Shown here piece by piece: positions 39,601-47,204 of a stretch of 59,030 bases of DNA. A model generated the notes under the pieces. That model made no database searches. It saw nothing but the letters and a program-made list of their open reading frames with translations, and was not told the DNA's origin. The DNA comes from a virus. Its lineage: Duplodnaviria > Caudoviricetes. How positions within the stretch are numbered: position 1 is the stretch's first letter; each line of letters starts with the position of its first letter. Location of the stretch: positions 1 through 59,030 of IMG/VR virus record IMGVR_UViG_3300043775_003319. One strand, 5' to 3'. The position numbers were made by a program, and so were the translations under genes.

Positions 39601-42357
39601 TTAGCAGGAATTGGTACAAAAAATACAGGTCAGTTTATAAATAATGTAGTTAATCCTTTAGCAGGATTTGGAATTAAAAAAGGAACGGTCAAAGGTGAAA
39701 TACCTAAAATAGGAGATGACTTTGCAAATGCTATTCATAATCTTGATGGAGATAAAATATTTTATGATACTACTGACACAAGTAATTTTTTAAAAGGTGA
39801 ATGGAAATATGTAGATGAGTTACCAAATGAAGGAGGAATTTCAGAAGTAGAGCCTTTTAATAATGCACTTGACGAGCTAATTGTTAAAGCAACATATGCT
39901 GAAAAACCTTTACTTACAAAAAAAGACTTTTTTACAAATAAAGAACTTGTCGATAAAATAGCAAAAGAACGCAGTTATTGGGATAAGTTTTTTAAATTTT
40001 CTGATGAATATCCTTTAAGTGATGCTGATATGGTATTTGACAAAAAATTTCCTGAACTTAAAGCTGGCAGTTTTAAAGAAAAGTTCATGACACCAGAACA
40101 ATATAATTATGCAAAATCTAAATTAGGTATATTTGGCGATCTTGGACATCAAGATATTACAAATCCTACAATATTTAAAAAACAATTAGATTCAAATTGG
40201 AATAATGCACAAGCATTTGATGCTCAAGATTTTCAAAATGCATTACGTAATACAATTTTTGAAAGAACAGGTAAAATTAAAAATGCAAATCCTGATTATT
40301 TAAAATCTCTTATAAAAAGTGATGAAATATTAACACCTGAACTTTTAAATAGAATGGGAACTATGGAAAATTATACAGGTAATCAGGCTTTTAAAACTTT
40401 AAATGCCAATAAATATGGAGGTATTATTAACTTTTTACAAAAAGCACAAGAAGGAACAACTGTTACCGTAGATCAAGGTGATGGTATTAAAAAAAAAATA
40501 TTAACCGATTCAAGAGAATATTCTGATGCGTACAATGAAGGCAGAATTGGTGTAAAAAATGATGACGGAAGTATTTCTTTTAATCCTTTAAATGAAGTTG
40601 TTGTCACTCCTTATGATAAAGAATATCCTTTTTATCAAGAATTATCAGATGAAGAAAAGAAATATTTTAATGATGATACTCCAATAGGAAGAGCTGTTAG
40701 AAGAAAAGCATATACAAAAAATTCATTAAGTGACGATGTAACAGATATTGCAGCTCCTATATTATATGGAACTGCAGCAGCAATGCTTGCACCATATGCA
40801 TTAGCTCCACTTGTAGCAGGATTAGAATTTGCAGGTGCTGCAGCTGCTCCATACGTTGAAGGAGCATTAGCAACTTCTTTACCAGGTATGTCTTCTATTC
40901 CAGGAGCTACTGTTGGTAATGCTATTAATGCAGGTTTTGCAGGACATGGTTTATATAATATTGCACCTGATGCTGTAGAAATGTATAATAATCCATCTTG
41001 GAGTAATGCAGGTAATGTAGGAATGGATGTTTTAGAAATTGCACCTGTTGCAGGACCTGCAGGAAGAATGATAGGTGAAGGAATATCAACTGTAGGAAGA
41101 ATGCCAAAACAACTACCTGGTTCTAGTACTGTTGATTATGCTAATTCTATAAAAGATGTTGTTACAACATTTAAAAATAGAAATAAAAAATTATTAACTG
41201 TTGGTGCTGAAAATTTAGATAAAGAGTTGTTAAAAAAAATTGAACAACTTGAGTCTCCTGAAGGATTTAGTAGATTAGTTACACAAGAAGCTGAAATGTT
41301 AAAAAGAGATTTTCCTTTATTAGAACGCATAATAGATGTAGAAAAAAAAGCAGTCAGCAATGCTCATACAAGAATTTCAGAATTGTATCAAACAGCTTTG
41401 CAGGGAAATTTTAACAGAAATTATTTAGAAGCTAAAAAATTAAATCCTGGATTAACACCAAAAGAATTTGGAATACCTACAAATAATGCGTTTTTTAGAC
41501 AGGGTTTAGGTTCAAGTAATTATTCAGATAATGCTCTTAATTTAAGTAAAGAACCAAGTTTAAGAGATAATGTTTTTTCAAATACATATTATAATGCTGA
41601 GCTTCCTGGAGAAATAGCAATTGGTAGAGAGTATGCAGAAGCAATGCCTGTCTATGATCATGAAATAAATCATGCTTTACAAAATAGTAGAAATACTACT
41701 TTAGATGATTTACTTAGAAAATATTTTAATAATTCAGAAAACTTATCAGAAAACTTATCAGAAAAAACAAAAAAGGCATATAATTATTTTAGAAAAAATA
41801 AAGTTGGCATGCCTTCAAGAGAACCATCATCATTTTTAGCTGAGGCAAGAAGATCAATGTTAGAAAGAGGATTAATAAAAGATATCTATGAACCAATTAC
41901 TCCTAAAAAAGTTTTTGAGGCAATGAAACATTTTAAAAAAGAACCTTATATAAATCCTTATACTGAACAATCATATCATAGATTATTTGATTTTGCTGAT
42001 GATCATCCAAAAACTTTGAAATTTTTATCAAGCATGTTTAACAAGCTTCCTGCAGCAGTTCCTGTTGGTTTGGCAGTAAGCGCTGCATCTCAAGCAGAAA
42101 CAAAAAAAGAACCTGTTTCAGGAATGAAAAAAGGAGGTGTGACTAAATTGTCAGAACTTGATAAATTAGCAATACAAGAGTTAGGTGGAATGTTACATGT
42201 AAATGATAAATTACCACATGAACAATCGATAGTAAAATATCTTGGTCCTGAAAAATCTGTTTTAAATTTTATGAAACAAAAAAAAGCAATTGGAGGTTTT
42301 GTACCTTTTAACGAATATTACAGAGAAAACATTATAAATCCAAGAAATAAATCGTAA
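36625..42357 (+). CDS. Large modular virion cargo-type protein with two HExxH modules, a zinc ribbon and GG linkers
   Basis: 1910 aa; HEFGH at 37309, HEINH at 41659, CxxC...CxxC near the N-terminus, and about ten xxGG motifs. Confidence 0.8.
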   Translation: MATNKDILMKFITGQVEKTRQDVSEKGYKDNSPYKNNPSNTIYGTPEGTSITMKGVSTPLIGIDEFGNKQYMEPGQEYFFPGSQVTETPFAKYGGLLNKTVTCSNCGWSWKAANGGNDVSTCHKCGNENKIMQTGGEADFNKVKEWYNNYIDSPLYKRNLENSGYPDVDKVIEQRKSNIGKTEFLNDENKFGTYYQPNTNVIHYSPEKDSEIWSKDYDSVLPTDSVLAHEFGHAVLDNSKTFFGRQTPAYNRYDYQQLESRNKDRKISRGANENYADQKALQYEAAKLNIYKPGYEEFTKEHLEALPSDVKERALKNYSEEDLIWLMNNIAQNDNDVNNNLSLAQTGGEQMFNVSLNEPMIIPSQGSYPLSYKDRGDRDTDGTLFTSAKKVSRVDENGKPLSAPQIRENQLMWNMQKLAYSPYQQSFNIWKNNAQNSAQGFYNPREYSKYLSKINSGPDVGLDGLCDPNFSSTKCGTSKQHAKEDKKEWSKKQFGGDLYSDYNLPIAQDGGRATRADSLALYNNSVKVESYYNNKNYKNDHVNYHQNPYAHKMNDDEVKEFKHRGSRAQVPTKNNESTEIKLPNNIYRKDIDKNKYLQRELATRILDTRAPMQLFDRRITPTSFKSFKNINENDIMDGDAITLSGYDPISVKPFDLLTEKEKKLRIERYGMDGVPKSYLSKKSIKKETDKPIKVKPELQPRVEAINLSLMQNQDPSFPKQELDLIRPIQAPKSYNVNMQRYNMKGPSDYYQANEEGVDYQRAMEIKAASDAYNKYIQEKYGNEDALKNPKAVERLKQLRSEFNIESNYKFGGDLYQYQNGSQTWDKQKQNLKNEKLEKLKRLLSLPDPVFKAKTFEEKVAEKMEQEKYKTTSKDNTTVRNYNNANKHSNAARNKTNKEFADERQAKIDAQVQANKQPFDWNNFRQSLSDRSQATGDAMRISNEPNFFDDYINPAVMIGSMADNLGQAPLRAQQEDSYMPYVTSVGAPLLTGALAGIGTKNTGQFINNVVNPLAGFGIKKGTVKGEIPKIGDDFANAIHNLDGDKIFYDTTDTSNFLKGEWKYVDELPNEGGISEVEPFNNALDELIVKATYAEKPLLTKKDFFTNKELVDKIAKERSYWDKFFKFSDEYPLSDADMVFDKKFPELKAGSFKEKFMTPEQYNYAKSKLGIFGDLGHQDITNPTIFKKQLDSNWNNAQAFDAQDFQNALRNTIFERTGKIKNANPDYLKSLIKSDEILTPELLNRMGTMENYTGNQAFKTLNANKYGGIINFLQKAQEGTTVTVDQGDGIKKKILTDSREYSDAYNEGRIGVKNDDGSISFNPLNEVVVTPYDKEYPFYQELSDEEKKYFNDDTPIGRAVRRKAYTKNSLSDDVTDIAAPILYGTAAAMLAPYALAPLVAGLEFAGAAAAPYVEGALATSLPGMSSIPGATVGNAINAGFAGHGLYNIAPDAVEMYNNPSWSNAGNVGMDVLEIAPVAGPAGRMIGEGISTVGRMPKQLPGSSTVDYANSIKDVVTTFKNRNKKLLTVGAENLDKELLKKIEQLESPEGFSRLVTQEAEMLKRDFPLLERIIDVEKKAVSNAHTRISELYQTALQGNFNRNYLEAKKLNPGLTPKEFGIPTNNAFFRQGLGSSNYSDNALNLSKEPSLRDNVFSNTYYNAELPGEIAIGREYAEAMPVYDHEINHALQNSRNTTLDDLLRKYFNNSENLSENLSEKTKKAYNYFRKNKVGMPSREPSSFLAEARRSMLERGLIKDIYEPITPKKVFEAMKHFKKEPYINPYTEQSYHRLFDFADDHPKTLKFLSSMFNKLPAAVPVGLAVSAASQAETKKEPVSGMKKGGVTKLSELDKLAIQELGGMLHVNDKLPHEQSIVKYLGPEKSVLNFMKQKKAIGGFVPFNEYYRENIINPRNKS
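41734..41765 (+). repeat. In-frame 12-nt tandem repeat (SENL-SENL-SEK)
   Basis: tcagaaaactta repeated about 2.7 times. Confidence 0.8.
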
Positions 42358-42407
42358 ATTAACAATGTAAACATGTGATTATAAACATGTAACTAAAATT
42401 TTATATT

Positions 42408-43934
42408 ATGAGTAAAACTTGTCATGATTGTGGAAAAGAATTTGCAATGCCGTTAGCGTATTACATAAATCCTTTGACAATTGTCAAAACTGGTGGAGAA
42501 ATGATTAAACGTGCAGATGGCTCTTATTCAAAAAGAGGTCTTTGGGATAACATACGTGCAAACAAAGGTTCTGGAAAAGCTCCTACTAAAGAGATGCTTG
42601 AACAAGAACGTAAAATAAAATCTAAACAAATGGGTGGAGATTCTCAAAATGAAATTGTTAAGTTGATTAAAATGTATGCTCAAATGCATAATGTTGATCC
42701 TCAAGTTATTGTGCAAAAATTACAAGAACTTGATGAGTATCAGCAAGAACAAGCATTACAGTCAATGGTTGCAGAAATACAACAAAACAGTGGTGCAGAA
42801 CAAGAAGCACCTATGTCTTATGCAAATAATGATGAAAATACTGAAATGCAATCTTATCAAGTAGGAGGCGCTTATGATTATAAGACAACAGGAGGATATG
42901 GATATCGAGGAGCTGCAGGTATAGGTGAAGGAATGCCTAATATATTACCAGCAATAAATACTGTTGCTTCTGGTGATTCAGATTTAGCAGGAGGAATAAA
43001 AGCTATAACTGGAGTGTTAGGACTTGCATCAGGTTTAGCAGGTTCAGCTTTAGGATATGGAAAATCAGCACAATGGGTTGGTAATAAAATAAAACCTGGA
43101 AGCAACATATTAGAAAAAACAAATAACACTTTAAGAAATGTTGTTGACTTTGGTGTTGATGCAGGTTATGGTTATCCTTTAAATAGAAATGATATTTCTA
43201 AAACAAACAATAACACACCAAATCCATACATTGATTATTCTAAAGTGTCAAATACAGACTTTACTAAAATGCCTGTATACAATGATAATCCTAATCATAA
43301 AAATACAATGGTAGGTAAATATGGAGGGTATCTTCCTAAACATCAAGGAATTATTCCAGGTGTTTCTAGCACAGTAGGCGATGGATCAGCAGGAATGATG
43401 ATGAACGATGGTTCTGCTAATTACAATGATGGATATTATCAAGCATATACACAAGACAATAATGCTTATAATAAAGTTGATTATAATAAACAATACATGA
43501 ACATGTCTTTAAAAGATGAGCAACTAAAAAAACAAAAAGATACTACTTTTAATAAGGTTTCTGACAACAATGGTTCTGACTTTAGTGGTATGGAATATGC
43601 TCAAAAAGCCATTACAGGTCTTGGTTCTTTCAATAGTTATTTAGACTGGAGAGAAAACAAAAGAAGACAAAGAGATTATGAAGACATGTTAAAAACAACA
43701 GGTAATACTGATTTTAGACTTGCTTCAAATGCTCCAAATCCTTATGGTAATTACACACTTAACGTGGGACCTGCAAATAATTTTCAATTAGGTATGACAA
43801 CTCCTATTCAGGATTTTGGTACTACTGCAAAATATGGTGGACAAGCATTTGCTGAAGGTGGAGAATATCAAGTATCAGAAGATGAATTATTACAACTTAT
43901 GCAGAACGGTGCTGAGATTGAATTCGTCAATTAA
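42408..43934 (+). CDS. Cargo-type protein with GG linkers and a Gly/Ala-rich hydrophobic segment
   Basis: 508 aa with KTGG, QMGG, QVGG, two KYGG and AEGG motifs. Confidence 0.8.
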   Translation: MSKTCHDCGKEFAMPLAYYINPLTIVKTGGEMIKRADGSYSKRGLWDNIRANKGSGKAPTKEMLEQERKIKSKQMGGDSQNEIVKLIKMYAQMHNVDPQVIVQKLQELDEYQQEQALQSMVAEIQQNSGAEQEAPMSYANNDENTEMQSYQVGGAYDYKTTGGYGYRGAAGIGEGMPNILPAINTVASGDSDLAGGIKAITGVLGLASGLAGSALGYGKSAQWVGNKIKPGSNILEKTNNTLRNVVDFGVDAGYGYPLNRNDISKTNNNTPNPYIDYSKVSNTDFTKMPVYNDNPNHKNTMVGKYGGYLPKHQGIIPGVSSTVGDGSAGMMMNDGSANYNDGYYQAYTQDNNAYNKVDYNKQYMNMSLKDEQLKKQKDTTFNKVSDNNGSDFSGMEYAQKAITGLGSFNSYLDWRENKRRQRDYEDMLKTTGNTDFRLASNAPNPYGNYTLNVGPANNFQLGMTTPIQDFGTTAKYGGQAFAEGGEYQVSEDELLQLMQNGAEIEFVN

Positions 43935-44030
43935 TAACAAAATCAGAAACAAAATAGGAAAAAACAAATTATATTTGTAAATTCTAAATGTGATAGATTT
44001 ATCATTTTTAACTTTAAACTTTAAAAGTTT

Positions 44031-47000
44031 ATGTACAATATTAGAATAAAACAGCTACCAAAAAATGGTGATCAACGTAATTATAGTTTAGTTGACAGAA
44101 ACGATTTATATATTAAAGTAAATCCTGTTAATAGTGATTCCAATGTGAAAAACACTATTAGTGCAGTTCCACGCGATGAGGCTAACATAGAAGCAGAAGG
44201 TGGTGAAACTGTAATAGGTGATATTAATAACGATGGTTTTTTAGAACATAGTAAAATTGTTGGTAAAAGACATACTGAAGGAGGTGTTCCTTTAAATGTT
44301 GCACCAGGTTCTTTTATATTTTCTGATACTAAAAAGTTAAAAATTAAAGATCCCGAAGTGCTTTCTATATTTGGAATATCAAATGTTCCAAAAGGGGGAA
44401 TAACTCCTGCAAAAATTGCACAAAAGTATCCAATGAATAATTACATGAATACCATGAAAAGCAATGAGTCGGATCCTATTGCAAAACGCACTGCTACTCA
44501 AATGATGAAAAATAATCTTGAGAAGTTAGGAATGCTTGCATTAGTACAAGAATCAATGAAAGGTTTTCCTGATGGTATTCCTGCAATTGCTGAATCTGTT
44601 ATGGCAGGATTACAAGGACAGCAATCACCTGGTCAAGAACAAGGTGGAGGCAGTGCGCGTGAATCAATGGAAGGTGCTGAAAATGAAATGAAATATGGTG
44701 GTGGTTATTACCAGAATGCTGGAACAACAAAAGAAAAACAAAAAAATAAAGTAACTTCTGCTGGCAATCCTGTTGAAGGATTTAAGTTTTATAATGGAAT
44801 CACACCTGTTACAGTAACAAAAGTAAACAAAGAATATGGTGTTGAAAATCCAAACAGTCCTTATATTGAATTAAGTAATGGTGAAAGATTGACTAAAAAA
44901 CAATTTGAACAATTACTAACAAAAGGTTATTATAATTATATCCATGGTGGAATCGGTGATGTTTATACAATAAATCAAAACATACAAAAAAGAACTCTTA
45001 AAAATTCCAGCGGCAATACTGTAAAAGGTTTTGATTTGTATTCAGGTGATAAAATAAATTTTAAAGGAAATGATTATACAGTTGTAAATCCTTACGCTGA
45101 TAATTCACGTGGTTATTATGACACAATGAAACCTTTAAGAGATATGTTTGATAATACTCAAGGTATTGTTCAAGTAAGAAATAATAAAACTGGACAATAT
45201 GAGTATATCGAAGGAGAAGATTTAGCAGATGCTTATGTTTTTGATAACTCACAAGTTCCTATTTTACCAAATGAAAGTTTTAGAACTGCTTTTAAAAACA
45301 ATCAAAAACGAAGTGTTACTAATCCTGGATATGATGTTGTAAGTCCTTCATATGCATCGCAAAATAAACAAGTTTCTTACACACCTTCTGCAAATAATAC
45401 TATAAATGTAACTGGTGAAACTAATTTGCAACCTTTGGATACAACAACTGTAGTTAATAAAAAACAAGTTGTAAAGGATAACGTTCCTGTCAAAACTGCA
45501 AAAAATACATATACACCACAACGTTCTTCAAATACAAATATTGCTCCAAAAACAAATACTACAGCACCTGTTGCAAAACCTGCAGGTGTGACTACTGAAT
45601 ATGTAGATGATGAGTTTGAATATGGTGGCACTTTACCAAAACATCAAGGAACACAACCTGGTGTACCGAGTACTGTACAAGGACCTGGACCTAGTGATAA
45701 AACAATTGTTAAATGGCAAATTAATAATAAAACAGGTAATAAAAGACCTGTGTATTCTGATGGAACTTTTGGTGACATTGTTCAGTATGATGTTGCTGAC
45801 AAAGATCTTAGAACAGAAGTATCCGGCAAAGGATACGAGTTTATAGATTTAAAACCTGAGTTTAGATATCAAGGTACAACTGTTGGACATCAGACTGCAG
45901 AATCAGGATATAAAGTAGATAATGAATCAGGATTTTTATATAAAGATATTAAACCTGGAACTGCAGGTTTAGAAAATTATATGGAAATTCATTCTGATGC
46001 AATTAACGCTTTTCCAGGTGGTGCAGAAGCTTGGAAAAAAACTATGTTGGCAACACCAGGAAAAGAAAATCCTGCAATGACTCATTTGTTAAATTATCAA
46101 AACTCAGCTATTGGACTTTTATCAGGAGACAAACCATACGTAGATTTAAACAAACCAGGTGCATTAGTACCAGGTGTTGAAAACTTTAATTTACCAGGTG
46201 TTAGAAAAAAACCTGCACCTATTGAAATTCCTAAAAATAAAGAGGAAGAAATTATTGTTAATAAAATAGAAAACAAACTTCCTGTAAAAAGAAGAAGACC
46301 TTGGTGGATACAAGATTCAATGAACTACGCTGCAGCAATGACTGATATTATTAATTATTATCCTCCTGCAATGAGTAGAGTTGATCTTGAAACTCCTGGT
46401 TATGTTATTGAAGATCCTGATAGACAAATTGCAGCAATGCAAGAAATGGGTGCAAGAGCAACAGAAGCTGCTATGAATAGTACAGCAGGAAATGTTGCAG
46501 GTGCATCTTTAGCAGCTCAATCTGATCAAAGACTTGGTCAATCAGCAAATATAATTGCAGGTGTTGAAAATAGAAATGCTCAAATTGTTAATCAAGCTCT
46601 TGGAAGAAATGCTCAAATTACAAATCAAGAATCAATTCTTAATGAAAATGCTAAACAAAAATACATTGCAGACTCTGCAATAGGTAGACAAAATTATGAC
46701 AATGCTTTACGCGAACTAAAATATAGAAAAATAAAAGCATGGAACAATGGTACTACAAATTGGATGCGTCATAAACAAATGGAAGATGTATTGTTTCCAA
46801 ATGTTGGTATTGATTCTATTACAGGTGATGTTTATTTTCCAGGTGGAAGACAAGCATTTGATGCTCAAGGTAGAGAAGTATATGATCCATACATAAATCC
46901 TGCAAATCCTAATGACACATCTTCTTTATCAAAAAGAAATTTTGAAGAAAGATATAATTATTGGACATCTAAAGGTTTATCTCCAGAAGACGCTTCTCGC

Positions 47001-47183
47001 AATGCTCATTATGAAATAAATAAACAAGGTGCGGCTACAGGTTCTAAATCTGATTATGGTCAATACATGGCTGCTAATCAAACATTACCACAAGAAACAA
47101 AATACGGTGGAAGAATAAAAAAACAATATGGAGGTGTTGTATTTGATTTTGGTGCATTACCTTTGTATTTCTTTGAAGATTAA
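44031..47183 (+). CDS. Cargo/ejection-type protein
   Basis: 1050 aa; N-terminal EAEGGE...GKRHTEGGV...FIFSD domain; KYGG, EYGG and QYGG linkers; Q/N/A-rich helical C-terminus. Confidence 0.8.
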   Translation: MYNIRIKQLPKNGDQRNYSLVDRNDLYIKVNPVNSDSNVKNTISAVPRDEANIEAEGGETVIGDINNDGFLEHSKIVGKRHTEGGVPLNVAPGSFIFSDTKKLKIKDPEVLSIFGISNVPKGGITPAKIAQKYPMNNYMNTMKSNESDPIAKRTATQMMKNNLEKLGMLALVQESMKGFPDGIPAIAESVMAGLQGQQSPGQEQGGGSARESMEGAENEMKYGGGYYQNAGTTKEKQKNKVTSAGNPVEGFKFYNGITPVTVTKVNKEYGVENPNSPYIELSNGERLTKKQFEQLLTKGYYNYIHGGIGDVYTINQNIQKRTLKNSSGNTVKGFDLYSGDKINFKGNDYTVVNPYADNSRGYYDTMKPLRDMFDNTQGIVQVRNNKTGQYEYIEGEDLADAYVFDNSQVPILPNESFRTAFKNNQKRSVTNPGYDVVSPSYASQNKQVSYTPSANNTINVTGETNLQPLDTTTVVNKKQVVKDNVPVKTAKNTYTPQRSSNTNIAPKTNTTAPVAKPAGVTTEYVDDEFEYGGTLPKHQGTQPGVPSTVQGPGPSDKTIVKWQINNKTGNKRPVYSDGTFGDIVQYDVADKDLRTEVSGKGYEFIDLKPEFRYQGTTVGHQTAESGYKVDNESGFLYKDIKPGTAGLENYMEIHSDAINAFPGGAEAWKKTMLATPGKENPAMTHLLNYQNSAIGLLSGDKPYVDLNKPGALVPGVENFNLPGVRKKPAPIEIPKNKEEEIIVNKIENKLPVKRRRPWWIQDSMNYAAAMTDIINYYPPAMSRVDLETPGYVIEDPDRQIAAMQEMGARATEAAMNSTAGNVAGASLAAQSDQRLGQSANIIAGVENRNAQIVNQALGRNAQITNQESILNENAKQKYIADSAIGRQNYDNALRELKYRKIKAWNNGTTNWMRHKQMEDVLFPNVGIDSITGDVYFPGGRQAFDAQGREVYDPYINPANPNDTSSLSKRNFEERYNYWTSKGLSPEDASRNAHYEINKQGAATGSKSDYGQYMAANQTLPQETKYGGRIKKQYGGVVFDFGALPLYFFED

Positions 47184-47204
47184 TATTTTATACATTAAAA
47201 AAAC

